Below, one piece after another: positions 11,937 to 25,731 of a stretch of DNA of 64,000 nucleotides. Each line of letters starts with the position of its first letter. Position 1 is the stretch's first letter. Source of the stretch: Rhodosorus marinus CCMP1338 (taxonomy: Eukaryota > Plantae > Rhodophyta); contig JAMWBK010000001.1 in assembly GCA_029953675.1 (NCBI GenBank), forward strand, positions 248,001-312,000, written 5' to 3'. Position numbers and translations under genes: made by a program. A model generated the notes under the pieces. That model had not been told where the DNA came from. It was given only the letters and a program-made list of their open reading frames with translations, and did not search any database.

Positions 11937-12176
11937 TCAGGTAGATTTGTATCTACTCTTCAACACTCTATACTTGTGCAGAGCTGCCATGCCTTCGATT
12001 TCTCGTGCGACATACATTCCTCTCTCCACGCTCTTCCTAATCTCGAGCTCATCAGTAAGACCAGAGTTTTTCATCACCGCCCGCCTCAGCCTCTCCCGTG
12101 ACACGCTCACGTCCTTGGGAAACCTTGTGCACGCTAGGAGTAGGATCTTATACATCTCCCTCACGTCCGAACGCAT
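11937..12176 (-). CDS. LYRM5: LYR-motif protein, LYRM5/ETFRF1-like (79 aa)
   Basis: MRSDVREMYKILLLACTRFPK...RLRRAVMKN...EIEGMAALHKYRVLKSRY matches the LYRM5 pattern (LYK..L....YP; E.EA...L.KYR.MK.RY). Confidence 0.75.
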   Translation of the reverse strand: MRSDVREMYKILLLACTRFPKDVSVSRERLRRAVMKNSGLTDELEIRKSVERGMYVAREIEGMAALHKYRVLKSRYKST

Positions 12177-13226
12177 TGGGGAGGTCCTCGTCTGTCCCAA
12201 CTGCACTATGCCGCTTACCACTTGGCACTTGCAACTTAACCCTTCACCAAGCTGACCTTTCTCACATTTCAAAATGGGTGCAGCGCACAAGCCCAGACAG
12301 TCTTTCCCTCCTGTTTCCTTGACACTCAGTGGCAACGAGTAGCTCCAGAAATCATAGGGAAGCAACCCCTCAAGCAAGCTCTTGGGGCCAGTTGGAGCTG
12401 TTTCAAAGTTTTGAAGATGATGAATTGTCCTTAAAGATCCTCCAGAGTCCCAACTCTCTTGAGCCCCCACTCCATACGCGGAACAGAGGAGCAAAGATCT
12501 GTGGATAGCTTTCTAGCCGCGGGACATATACAACAAATCTAATACTTCCCTATTTTGCCTCTTGATAAGTAAAGCAGGAAAAGCTTGTAAGCTTTCGTAA
12601 TTTCTGGACTGAGACTCAGTAAACCCATACAATCCGACTCAGCTGACACCCACCAGCGGTACTATGAGCAGGCCCTTATGTCCCACGGCGTGTGGAGCGA
12701 AGACACAAACAGCCTGCGGCGGAAACACATCAAATCTAATATTGTACGATGATTTCAACGTCTTCCATGTCAGGGTGATTATGGAACTGGACACTCAGAA
12801 TAGAGCTCATGTTCTTGTCCAACCTCTCAGCTTGAAGAGGAACACCACGAGCGCCAACCCGCTTCACGAGTTGCCAAACCCCACAGCCTGTAGGTCTTTT
12901 CGAAGACGATAAAAGAGAATGGATCTATATCCTTTCAAGTGGGGTAGCTAAGGGTCTCAAACCCAATGCGAATTCTCACAACGACTCCTGTTCCACTACG
13001 AAGCTGGATATCGATCTTCATGACCAGCGCCATATCCGTACGGTCGTGATGACGGGGATCATTGGTCAGCATCGATCCAACGGAAAGGAAAGGGGGAAAA
13101 TTCTCAATAGCCTTGAAGCGGTTGCAATGGATTTTGGATGCCGGGGGGAGTGGTTGAGAACAATTAAGAAAGAGTTTGCACTGGAATTGGATGTTACTAT
13201 TTGTCAAGTCGTGAGTGAAGGGCAGT

Positions 13227-13811
13227 ATGGCAGGAGCTCTACCGCTGGCAAAGCTGGTGGGGTTGATGGTGAAGACGGTCTCGAAACCTGTTGCGAACCA
13301 GCTGAAGTTTTACGCGAAGAACTCGGAGAGATTTGAGAGGTACTATATTGCGCTGGGGAATGCTCTGCATCGGCTGCAGGTGACGGTGTTCCGACAATCC
13401 CATGGAGACGTTGTGACAAAGAGAACGAAGGTTAAGGATCTCCCACCCGAGAAGGCACTAGATGCCGGAGCCGGATTCATCGGCGATGCGTTCGTGTATC
13501 TGGTAGCAGCGGGAGTAACGGTTTATGAGTACGCAAGAGGGCGGGCGAAAGAGGCAAGAAAAGTCCAGAAGCAAGAAGAGGAGAAGCTCATGGTTGAGGC
13601 AGAGTACGATCGAAGAATAAACGAACTCGACAGGCAGATCAGCTCTCTCATGGAGACCGCTCCAGACACGGACAACAAGCTCGAATTGCTAAGGGGGGAC
13701 TTCGAGAGGTTTCGAGAAGAAGTCATTCGTTCTCTACAACTAATTAACATTAATACTCCAACCTTGGCGGAGTTACAGAGACGACAGTCCAGCAGTGGAG
13801 TAGAGCCATAA
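13227..13811 (+). CDS. OPA3: OPA3-like mitochondrial protein
   Basis: LPLAKLVGLMVKTVSKPVANQLK...KDLPPEKALDAGAGFIGDAFVYLVAAGVTVYEYAR followed by a coiled coil. Confidence 0.88.
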   Translation: MAGALPLAKLVGLMVKTVSKPVANQLKFYAKNSERFERYYIALGNALHRLQVTVFRQSHGDVVTKRTKVKDLPPEKALDAGAGFIGDAFVYLVAAGVTVYEYARGRAKEARKVQKQEEEKLMVEAEYDRRINELDRQISSLMETAPDTDNKLELLRGDFERFREEVIRSLQLININTPTLAELQRRQSSSGVEP

Positions 13812-13953
13812 CCGAGTATATCGTAAAGACTTTTACTTCTTTTATGGACACTGTGTGCACCCGCCCGCTTCGTAGGCTTTCTCTGGCAATAGCTGACTGA
13901 TGCATGTTACACTCTACTAAATTAATTTTCACCGGCTCGTCTAACCAAACTTC

Positions 13954-14139
13954 TTACTTCCTAGTAGCAGCCCTGTCCATACAAGCCCTCAAGTCTGCTT
14001 CCAGCTGGGAACAGTCCTGTCCATTCCCGTCAGTCATGCAGCTCCACAGAGGTTTGCAATCACAGGACTCCTGCGACTCTTCATTTCCAGCCCTTGGGCC
14101 CACCCCAGACAAAAACCTACCCTTCAACCTATCGCTCAT
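13954..14139 (-). CDS. Small Cys-rich protein with a CHCH/CX9C-like C-terminus (start uncertain; upstream exons possible to about 14430)
   Basis: ...ESCDCKPLWSCMTDGNGQDCSQLEADLRACMDRAATRK*: CX5C-X8-CX9C spacing. Confidence 0.35.
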   Translation of the reverse strand: MSDRLKGRFLSGVGPRAGNEESQESCDCKPLWSCMTDGNGQDCSQLEADLRACMDRAATRK

Positions 14140-15226
14140 CCATACAACTCCAGTTCCAAAACTCCCAAAAACGACTACACGCCTCATAACCCACAGGGTA
14201 TCGAGCCCAAGCAACCTCGCTGAGCTCATCCTGCTGACCCTAAGCCAATACCCGCTCCTACACCCCAACCGAAAAACAAAATCGTCCAAGAAAGCCTCCT
14301 CCTACCAGATGGACAAGCACAAAGTTCCAGGTTCCTCTCCTCCTAAATGTCTCTGACAAGAGTCAAATGGTTACCGTATAAGCCCAGTCTCTCAAAACTT
14401 CACTGCTCCCCAAGTCCTTCTCCAAACGCATACCAAATGCAAAAATCTCCTCCCACCCAGAAAACAAAAAACCTAAAATATTCCATTCTAATCTATCCAG
14501 CACCACCCCCTCTTCCACCCCCCCCCCCCGCCCCCTTTCCAAAACATTCGCTTTTGGACCCCGCCTCCATAACCACAAAAAAAGGGGGACAAAAAGCCAA
14601 AAAACAACAAAAAAACACTTCAGAAAATGCAAATTTTTCACCAAGCCCAAAAAAAAAAAAAAGGACATGCAAAAATTTACCCCCTTCTAGAATATGAAAT
14701 AAACTAACATTACTAAATTATTAACATGTCACTATAATATTATATTATCAATTCGAATTTGCTCGTTTAGAACGGCTTTTATAGGTTATTTATGACGCTA
14801 TTCGATCGTCCACTTATAGTATGGTTGTTTGGACGGGTGCCAAGGGGGGTAAGGAGTAAACTAGCTCTCCGACTTTGATTTTGGTTGAAATGTGAGCGGT
14901 ATTGCTTATTTTAATGTATTTGAGGAAGGTAAGATATTTCAATCATTTTACAGATTGGACATTAGGCTTCAATCGATATTGGCTATTTTGATTGCATGGG
15001 AGTTTTCTTCTTTTTTATTAAATAGTTCTTATGCAGAGTATTTCATGTTGTGAGGCATTGCAGATGTTCACATGGTCCGTTCTTCGGGTCCGTTCTCGGG
15101 GTCCGTGCTAACAAGTACAGTTACGACCCACCAGCAACTCACAGACTCCGCAGTCCACCTTAACACCATGTTTCAAAGCCTGCCCACCTTAGACGTCGCG
15201 GTCGAATGGTGTGGATGCCAACTTCC

Positions 15227-17175
15227 CTACAGCAGTCCTTGCCTCCTCAGGTCCTCATACGTCTTCCTGTTGAAGACGTTTCCTTCGGCGTCCTCGAACT
15301 CTTCATCATCAGCAGTGCGATTCTGCTGCGATGCCGACAGGTTTCGATATTTCTGTGCCAGCTTGAGGACATCATCAATTTGGGTCACCATGTAGTAGTA
15401 GCGAGAATATTGGACACCTAGCATTTTCAGATTGTGGGTATGTCGCGCCTCTGTAAAATGTCTCTCAAAGTTCCGAGGTCCCCTATGGTAAAGACAATCA
15501 GAAGAAAACTCTCTCTGAACTTCACGTTTGCTACATCTACCCGCGCAGGGCAAGCGTGAGGAGCAAGTCTCACCTGTAAGTTACGTCTCCACAGACCTCG
15601 CACCGAAACTCGTGGTTGAGCCCGTGCAACTTGTACAGCCAGTACGGAATCGGCTTACCATCCCTACAGCAGTCGCGAGCAACAGTGAGTGGGATTTTGT
15701 AAAAGGGGGGAGAATCTTTGTAGATGAATTCTTACCATCCCAAAGGCACGTCTTTCGGATTGTGAATCGTCTTCTCCTCGCCAGAGTCGCTTGCGTCTTC
15801 GTCATCGTCAGGATTCACCGGGTTTTCCTCGGCATACCTTTCTTGCTCAAGTTCTTCGTATGACAGAGCAAGTTTCTTCTCCACATTCATTCTTGTGCTC
15901 TGTAACTGCACAATACAAGGAGAATAGAACTGTTTGGTTCAGGGCGCGTGCTCTCAGGAGTGAAAAGCCAAAGAACATCTACGGCCGAAAATCTTACGAG
16001 ATCAGCGAGGACATCCTCAGTCATGTACTTCACCTGAGCTTCCATGAGTTCCGTGTCCCTCCTCAAACCAACGTTTCCTATCCCTTCAAATCACCAAGGC
16101 CACTCAGTTTCAGAAAGAGCGTAAATGCTGCCTGTGAGACCAGCTTTCCACCCACCGTTTGTGCCATTTGCTGATTTTTTGTGTGCTTTAAAGAGCCGCT
16201 CTGCTCTCTGCGCGGGAGTTCCACCAAACTTGAGACCCATCTTCTTCAAGGCCTGCTTAAGCGCGTCCGGACTTTCACCCTTCTCCAGGGCCTGGGGCGA
16301 ATCGTACTTGCTCACATCTACCAAATCCTCGCTAGCCTTGATCATCTTCTCCTCCGCCTGAGTTTCCAAAACCCAACCATTCTAAGAGTCAGAACCGATA
16401 AAGCCCTATAAGCTCCAGTATGCTCGTAGGAACAAACCTTCTTTCGTACTCCATCAAGTTTGTCTTCGGCGAACTTGAGGGGCAACACTCGATCAGCGAA
16501 GTCGATCAAATAATCCAGGAGTCCTCTTATGTAACCGTTGTAATCAGGTCTGCGTCGGACATCCTCTGGAAGAGATCCAAACGCGTAGAAATTCTGCAGG
16601 AAAGTGATGTAGTCGTACACCTCTGGGTCTATGCCTTGCAGGTTAATGAATTTCGTGTGCGATTCATGCAAGTCAAGGTATTTCCCATGTGCTTCCTCGC
16701 CCGAGAACGAGACCTCTGGGCTGACGCTCATCGCTGCTTGGCGATCTAGTTGTCCCGTGGTCATCACCTCCTCAGTGTGTTCCCCCATGTGTGAGGATTG
16801 AATTGCTTTCAATCTCTCATAGAACAAGCTCATTGACTTTTCCGGATCCCCTTTCCCAGTGATATCATCGATTTCACTCTTCAGAAGGGGATCGTCCTCA
16901 AACGTTCCCTTCAACCGTTCTACTTTACTAAATGCAGTCTCAACTAACCGCCGAATGACCTGCTCCGCGTCGTCGGCAGTGGTAATTATATCCGATCCGT
17001 CAGCATTAACAAACATGCCTTGTTTCGCATCCGCACCTTCACCCAATGCTCGATTCTTTGCCGATTTACTGTTTTCCAACTTCTCATGCTCTTTCAAACC
17101 TGAGCCGATCAAGCGCAAAACCCTTTCCACTTCCTCATACTGACTCCGTCGGATCTCTAATGGATAAGAAGACAT
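15227..17175 (-). CDS. SF3A3: Splicing factor 3A subunit 3 (SF3a60/Prp9), multi-exon
   Basis: [65 protein letters not shown]|[39 protein letters not shown]. Confidence 0.96.
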
Positions 17176-17911
17176 CTTTCCTTATCAAAAATCTTCAAAG
17201 TAATAATTGATTCTAAAAAGACCAGAAAATCTGTAGAGTAGACGCTATCATAAGTGGGGCGTCTACAATTCCGCTTGACTCCCTCCCTCCCCGTCGAAGA
17301 CTTCGCTCCGGAAACGAAGCGCTTGGACAACCTCACCATGGCCGCGATGCAGATGACAAAATTGACTACATCAGTCATTATTAAATATATAATTCGTAAT
17401 TTAAATTTGATATCAGTCTATATAACATATTCAGCAGCAAATAGAGTTTGTTCCTGAATGTTAGGAGGGCATGATTGGATTATTCCTAGCTGTAAGTCGA
17501 ATGTGCATCAGTGGCTTTCCTCATCCAACGCCTCAGATCTCGAGTGCAGCACGGCTGTCGTCGGCATTCTCTTCATCTGTTTGGATATAGATGTTTCAGT
17601 TCTTCATGGAATGGTTCCTGTGGTAACGATTACAACCCCTAGGCCGATACTACCTGAGGGTAAGTCGCGCTCCATCGGACTTGGAAGGGGTAACACCGAC
17701 ACCAGCGACCCGACACTTAAATAAATCATCCAAACGAAAACCAACTAAAAACAGGCAGAAACAGATTAAGTGAAGTACTAAATTTCCGTTACTTGTCACC
17801 GTGAATCTATCGAGGGAATGTGCTACGGATGCGTGTAGGACAGGCTGGGCGTATTGGGGAGGGTAGACGGTATGATACGGATTGTTCGTTGAAAATAATA
17901 GGGATTTGAAA

Positions 17912-19060
17912 ATGCTATCTAGGCTACGATGTCTTCGAAATATTTATCAAGCTAACGTGTCCAGAGGACTGACTGGATCTGGTGTATTTTTGAGATCTAC
18001 TCCGGCGGCGTTCAATCAGCGATGGCTTCAGTCGCAGGCGACTCGAAAGTCGAGTATAGAGGAGACGAGGAACCAGAAGAACAAGAACGCGTTGATGTGG
18101 ACGTGAGATCGCTCGTGCTCTTCTGTAAAATTGGGAAATTGTAAGATCTGAGTGTGGACTCGTTTCTGTGGGGTTATTTGTGCAGGTTGGCAACGATCGT
18201 AACTTTTGTTGGCCTCAGCTATGCTTCGGTTCCGCTATACAAGATGTTCTGTCAAGTAACAGGGATTGGAGGAAGCGTACAGGGCACTGCAAAGTTTTCA
18301 ACAGCCACGGTAAGTGGAAGGAAAGAAGTGGTTCACACCTGGGACCCGTGAACAATGCTATTGTATATACGCACCCCGAAGAGAGACCCTCGGTTTTGAT
18401 ATTGATTCTGTCACGCATCCTAGGCTGAAACAGAGATTCTGGAAGATGCAGATCCAATTAGTGTCTCCTTCAATTCTGATGTCTCAAGCTCCTTGAACTG
18501 GAGATTTAGACCTCTGCAAACAAGAGTATACGTAAGCCCTAGACCTCCCAAGAAACTCTTTGCCCCTTTTCTGCTCGCAGGATGGAGTCTAACCACGGTT
18601 CTTATTTGCCGCTTTCCATCAGATCCGTCCCGGAGAAACCACGCTAGCATTCTACGAAGCCGAGAACCGAACAGACCAGCGGATTACGGGAGTTGCAACC
18701 TACAATGTGCAGCCGCCGAGGGTAAGCGAACGACCATTGAAGGGAGCCTCACAGTGAACTCAAGTGCTCCAGATTATGCCAGTATGGGCTCTATCTCAAG
18801 TTCTTGTTTTTCCCCTGCATGCCCAGGCCGGAATATACTTCAACAAAATTCAATGCTTTTGTTTCGAGGAGCAGCAGCTGCGCCCAAATGAGAAGATTGA
18901 AATGCCCGTCTTTTTCTTCATCGATCCTGAGTTCGCCGATGACCCGTACATGAAAAACATCAAAGAGATCGTACTATCGTACACCTTCTTCCGCACAGAG
19001 GATGTGGATATAGACGTTGCTCAGCAGAACCGACTCCTTGCTGAACAAAGAGCATCCTAA
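17912..19060 (+). CDS. COX11: Cytochrome c oxidase assembly protein COX11, multi-exon
   Basis: LSYASVPLYKMFCQVTG, WRFRPLQ, GVATYNV, YFNKIQCFCFEEQQL, EMPVFFFIDPEF, LSYTFF. Mitochondrial-type N-terminus. Confidence 0.96.
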
Positions 19061-19314
19061 TCGTTTGTATAGAATCTTCGCTTGTGTATTCCAAAATCTT
19101 GCAACGCTTTCTGCTGTTGATCGAAAGGCCAGCTTATAGCTAGTGAACAACATATGTAGCATAGAACCAAACAAAAAAGGGAAAGGCAACTTTCGACTTT
19201 TCCACAACCTAGGAGCTCTTCCGTTTTCTGCTCATCTGCTTGACCTCCTCCTCGCCCATCACTTGCCTACCGAGCGGTTGTGGAATACCCTGTACAAGCG
19301 ACACACGTGCGTGA

Positions 19315-22300
19315 CTAAGTATACGCCTGTGTAGTGACCCTCGCACCTATCTGCGAAGGGCCTCTTACCATTAGGAGACCGCACAACTCGCTGGAGAGAG
19401 AAGATAACTCCTCGAGCTCCTCCTTTCTGTACCGACCCAGATTCCGGAAAAGTGTACTGGGACTAGGCGTCCTTGAAGCAATGTCAAGCATCCGCTCCTC
19501 CACGATATCCTCCAAATCAGGCTGACTTAATGCTATTCTCAGAGCCGCTACAAATAAGACACGGGTCACAAGCCTGTCCTCGCAAGACAGCATCGCAGCA
19601 GCCACGGACCACTTGAGTTCAAAGTTCGCTGACTCGAGGTCTTTCTTCGAAAGGGCGAGACAAACTATCTCGCTCCCAGCGGCAGCACATGATAACATGT
19701 CTGAACGACTACTTGGAAAATCCTCTGGCTCTTTTTCCGATGCGAGCGCCTTAAAGCACGTAGAGGCAATCCGAACCAACTCGATTGAGCTCTTGTCTGT
19801 CGGGGTGAAACCAGAGTAGCTCAGTATCTTCCCTGACTGTTGCGAAAAGAAGACACAGCAAAACAAATTCAGCATCTTGAACTTGTAAACTGAATCCTAC
19901 GAGCTAAAATATCGCAACAAGCAGCTCGAACCTGATTCGGTTGGAGGTCAGAGCAGGCTTTCTCCAAAAGCAGAGCTTCTCCGGGGTAAAGAGAAACAGA
20001 CCCACGTCGATTCATCGCCATCGTTGTGATCGCATTAAAAGCGCTTAATATGTGCCGACTAGCATCACCGGCACCAGCATCCTCATTCCCAGTTCTATTC
20101 ACCTTCAGAAAACGCCTCACAATAGAAGAAAGTGCGCTTCCGGCTTGACCAGCGTATACCAGCCGCTCGTCTCTCGGAAAATTGCTCCTGCAGACGCTAT
20201 GCAATAGTCTATACGGATCCAACTTCTCTTTGTTAGTAAGACCTGACAACAAAGAACCAAGACAGGAATTTGGACAAACGCAACCGTACCTGCAGTATTC
20301 CACCAGTGCCGCGTAGGTTTTCAATGTATCAACTCTCAATGAGATCCAGGCGAAGAGTCCGTGTCGTCTCACAAGCTCCATGGCGACCTCGGCGGAATGC
20401 TCTGCGACGGAGATTAACGCTTGAAGCGCTTTCGTCCTGACTTTGGAATCCCCGACGTACGAATCAGCTGTAACGAGAAGCATTAGCTGCTCATAAATAT
20501 GTCGCTTCCGGAGAAGTTCCCGATCAAGCTTGGATCTTGTTCCAAACTGCACGCATTCAATGGCCATCAAACGCGCTTGGTGTAGAGCAGTCCCACTCTC
20601 GCTTAAATTGATAAGCCGGGATATGAAGATTATGTCATCGGTGCTAACCGTCGGTCTCTTGAGGAGAAATCTCATCACGGTGGGGAAGAGCGTGTGCGAC
20701 GGCCGCATCAATATTGCGACTGTGCGAGTCAAAAAGTACGAAACGATCCCGGGAAATCGGAAGAGAGGCTCCGCGATAGAGTTCCGAAGCAGCTCAAGAA
20801 AGAAAAGCAGCTGCTTTCGCTCGCGGAACAGGTTGGCAGACCCATACATAGTCCCATCTGGACGCAAGCTTACAATGTCATACAACAGCTGCAAAAACGA
20901 ATAGGCCTCCTCACGCGAGCCTTCGTCTTCGCTCGAGAGCTGCATCAGGCAAATATCAAGCACTCCGTTCTCTATCAATCTCCTAACATCGACGACCTGA
21001 TTCAAAAAGGATATCAAAGCTTTGTCAGGTTGCACTACAAACTTTGAGATCCGAGAAATCCACTATGAGCACGAGCAAATACCTCGGTTCCAGGAGGTGC
21101 CAGAGCCCTTGAGAGAGCCTTGCAAGCTGTTCCGAGGATCTTGCAACTCCCTAGCGCCGCAAGATGAGGCAACTCCGACTTTCTTATTGTAAACGCTTCT
21201 ACAGCTCGGATGCTGTTTCCGTAGGGCCCAGCTGAAATTTCTGAAAGTGGTAAGCCAGTGCTTTGAACGAGTTGTGCAACGGCTATGTCAGCAGGGTCAC
21301 CGGTGCCGACATACGAAACCTCTGAAGCGAGCTTTGCAATTGTCCTCCCGATAGTCGTTGATTGCGACGTCTGCAGCAGTTCCGTAACGACCACACACAC
21401 AGCACAGCATAGCTGTCGAGATGACGGAGGCGTTCCCCTCAGACAAGTTTCGAGCCGTGAGTGTCCTATCACCAGCTCGAGGGCCTAATCGACCGTACAG
21501 GCATGTTCACGACATTATGGAAGACAACAAATCAGAAGCACTGTGCGTATTTTGACAGAGTAGACCGTGCATCCTACCGTTGTGGCATCAAGTGCAGCTT
21601 CTCGCTGCAGAGTGAACAGCTCTCGGAAGAGCTTTAGAAGCACACATGAAAACTCTGCACCAAAGGTTTCCGGGTTCATGCCATGCTTCAAGAGGCTCCT
21701 TAAAACTTTTCTCAGTCGAGTGCGACCCGTCCTCTTGAGCAAATTTTTCAAAGTCACAGAACTTTTCGAGCACATTGAGAGACAGGACAACAAAGCGCCA
21801 GCTTTGTGGATATCGAAAGATCTCAGCGATGCGCAGGATGCATCGAAACATCTCTTGCGGAGTCTCCTTTCCCCTCGTAAATTCATTGCAATAGTCATCA
21901 GAACTCCCGTGTCAATGCTCAACACACCCGGAGGGGGAAGCTCCATCGTCTTCACATCTAGCAATGGTCCCTCCAGGCCCGGTCGTTTCGCATTCGTTAG
22001 TTTCTCCAGTGGTTCCTTGTTCTGACGACGGCTGGTGCGAGAGAGCACCTTAACGAGCTGCGACAACGCGGAAGACGATCCAACCTCACTTTTCACAATC
22101 CTTGTCAGATAGTCCTCCATGAACTGCTTCGCAGTTGTAGTTAGTGCGCCGTCACGAGCCTTTTCAATTAGAAGTTGGCTATATAATACATCAAAAGTTA
22201 CGAGCAAATCAGTATTGCATTCTCGTTTGAGTAGGATGAGACAGAGCGGTATCATATTCACAAGCCCATCCCAATTCCTTCTATCAATCCCATTCACCAT

Positions 22301-25300
22301 CTGTAAGCCTTGCAGCAGAGCTAATCGCAGTGACTTGCACTTCTCAACGAAAGGACAGAGTTGAACGCATCTCATCCTCCCGGCGTCGGCAAACACGCCA
22401 GCGGCAATCCTATCGCTGTTCAGAGCAGCCGCGAGAATCGCTGTGGACTTCAGCACAAGATTGGTGCTGCGGACGCAGTGCTGTGCCACCTTAAGCAAGC
22501 CAGCTTTCGACTCCACCAGGCCTTCCAAGATAACACTGTATACCACAGGGCTATCCGTGCTTTGAATGTGTCCCTCAGACTCTCCATCATCAAGATCCGG
22601 AGCAACAAGGGAAGCAAAGGCTGCCTGCTCTAGCGGACCTAGCTGGAGCCCTTCATTGTCTAATCTTGCTCGAAGAGTGCCCTCCAAACACGCTCTGATG
22701 AGTTGACCTCTTAGGACAGGAGGGATTTTCGACTTTCCCAAGACATAAGTCGCGAAACTCATCAGCTCCACCCGTTGGTCATCTACTGCTACACCATCTA
22801 CCATCCTTCGCAGAACTGCCGCGTATACCTCAGGATCATACTTGGCGCAAACTAGAAGTTCCAGCATGTTGTAAAAGTAACTATATCCCACGTCTGACAG
22901 AGGCAAGTTCTTCAGCACAATGGATTTGGTCTGATCAGCACAAAACGGGAACAATTCGGCGAGCCTGGCTGTCATGAGCAACATAGAATCCGCTCTGCAG
23001 AAACAAAGTTGTTGGAAGGGAGTGGTCAGTTGCAAAGAATTGACATCATGTTTAGGGGTCAGTCTTGCACACTACTTACCGAGTGGAATTAGAACTATTC
23101 CCCCCGGTCGTTAAACGAAAACCGATTCGCCTGACCACTACATCTGCTGGTTCTGAGAGCATAGAATCGCTGATCACGTTCATGTCAACTGTCTCCTTCC
23201 CCGCGCCGTGGATCGCGTCCGGAGAGGGCAAACGATGCTTTTGGGAAAGCTGAGAAGACAGGCGCTGTCCATTGCTATGGGAGTTATGAAGACTTTCCTC
23301 CAACCTATTCGGAAGTATAGCATCCTCAGAATAGATCCAGTCTCCTCTACCATTTGACTCTCTTGTCGGCTGTCTCCCTTCGATCAACTCCTTCGCAAAC
23401 GTGACTAACCCCATCTTGTCGTCGTCAAACTTATTTACAATAAGCCACGCGAATGGCCGGTACTCGATCTGCATACAGAGAACAGCGGAAATCATTCGGC
23501 AGAGAGCGCTCAGCACCGATTTACCTAACTGCTCCGCTGCATGCGAGCCCTCGGGTCTCGTCTTCACGATTTTGGCCGCCCTTCTGACAGCCCCTACGGC
23601 AATGAGGGAGAACGGTATAGTGCTTGCATTCACGGGGCGAACGAGACCGGCCTCGCGAGTTGCCTCCAACAAATCGTCCATCAGGGCGTGTGGTCTCCTT
23701 ACGGCTTCGCACACAAGTTGATCGATCACAGAAACCATTTCATCCGTGGCCCCTTGCATGAAGTGCACCCAAACATGGACTTCACTTTCGCACCCCCCGG
23801 GATACAGACCAGTCGCGCTTAGCATCGACGTTAGAGTTGTCCCGATAACCCCCATCAACTCCCGACTACTCGCGTTCGCGAAAGCGCTGAGGAGTTTGCC
23901 AAACAAAGACCTCTTCTGGTCGGACCCAGAGAAGAAACTCGTCCAAGAGGATTGCAGTAACACGTCAGTGATTCGAAGCAGCTCGCTTGTTGCCAGTAGA
24001 GACGAGCTTCCCAGAAGTGAATCGCTGTCGGAGAACACTAGCTTTGCGATATTCGCGCGACTCTCACCCAATACCCCAAGTTCGAGCACGAGCCTTAGCG
24101 ATTCAATACCCACTGACGCAAACAGTCCGCCTTTCTGAATAGCAAATTTGGCAGCTGCGATAACAGTATTGGACCCCGGTAGGTGAACCTGGATTTCAGC
24201 GATTCCTTGTCTCTTTGCAGATTCTAGTCTTCTCAGCACTGCTACGAGGAATTGCAGTGTGGTAAAGCGAATCAAGTTGTCGGAATGAACCAATGACTTT
24301 TCACATGTGCTGGCTTCGAAAACGTTCCCTGGCAGCACATCATCCCTGGAGCAGTTTTTCGGCAAGGAAACGCTGAGCGCTGAGATGAGAAGTGCTGCAG
24401 AAGTCATCCAAGAAACTGATCGCCTGGGATCGGCTAAAGTCAGCCGAGAATCTCGAAGAAACGAAGCCGTGGCTCCTGTTCGGCCATGCAAAGTGGCTCG
24501 CACAAGATCGAGGCTTTCCGAGCGAATCATAGGCGTCGAGTGCAAAGCGTTAGCCACATCCTCAACAGTGCAGATGCTTTTCTTCTTCGTGAACTGCAAA
24601 ACCAAGTCATTCGCGATAGTCCGTAGCCGTTTCGAAGTGGAAATACATGCCACGAAGCAAACTAGCTCAAGTACTGGTGCTGCTACTGCTCTTCGGACAA
24701 GTTCGTCAGAATTTAAAGCAAGCAGAGCCCTGCCGTACGCGTTAAAAAACTCCTCGTTGAGTTCCACATTTGCAAGCTCTCGCTCTCCAGGTTTTGAGCC
24801 GGTTGCAGCACGATTGTCCCCAGCTATTCAGGGAATATGGCACAGAAGGTGATCCATGGTTAAAAGAATCAAAAGTACGGCTGCAGCGTTTTGGTCGTTG
24901 GTTACCGATGTCCTTCAGAACTGAAATCACCATTCTCCTCGTCTTGACTAGAATGGACACAATCACAGCGTGGTCTCCTGTACCTAACAGTGCCGCCAAC
25001 AGCTCAAGAAAAGCAGGCCTAGTAGGACTGTTGCGTGCTACAAGGCGAATAAGGTCCTTGTCGCCAAGATTGAATCTTGTTGTGATGTCCCTTGCGTGTG
25101 GCACTGAGAGTCGCGAAATCGTGATGAAGAGATCTAGCACGAGTCTCGTCATCCGTCCCATGTCATTTGTCAATATGTTGTACAGTCGCCGAGAGCGATT
25201 ACGAAGTACAGATCTTGCAAGCGACTTTCCTGCAAGTGCGAAGCGTTAAGTTCCCCATGTAAGCGTCAACGTTTCCGGTTCAGAGCCGATTTGCTCTGCT

Positions 25301-25731
25301 CGAAAGCCGTAGACATGCAACGAGCTTGCACGAGTGCTGACAACTCCATCCTCTACCGGGGTCGCCCCTGGTTTCCCCAGTGACGGACTACCTGGCAATC
25401 ACATTGGTTGCAGATCTACGCCCGGGGGGGTAGATCTGGCAATAAAATCCAGTAGACTGAGAAGCTTACCAGTCTTAGCATTAACGAGGTATATCAATGC
25501 ACGTAAAGCTGCAACGCTGATGCTCTTATGCTCGACGTCAATCCACTGCAACACCTCATCTGCCCCCGGTCTGTACTCAAGGTATGCGGCTGCAGCGTCG
25601 ACAGAGGTTCCGTCGCTCTCATGATGCTTCTCCATCAGCACGCGGAACTGTCGCAGTACTCCTGAAGCAGCGGAACCGCCACTACCAACAGCGCGAGCGA
25701 AATCCCGTGCATCGAACTCGACTTCTTCCAT
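19315..25731 (-). CDS. URB1: Nucleolar pre-ribosomal-associated protein 1 (URB1/Npa1), large multi-exon gene
   Basis: Chain of long minus-strand ORFs. The C-terminal NopRA1-like segment reads DVRRLIENGVLDICLMQLSSEDEGSREEAYSFL...RERKQLLFFLELLRNSI...LMRPSHTLFPTVMRFLLKRP. The Npa1-like N-terminal helices include RPAFLELLAALL. Confidence 0.8.

Noticed and set aside
12500-13210. ORFs between LYRM5 and OPA3
   Set aside because: Short frames on both strands with no motif or coherent splicing.
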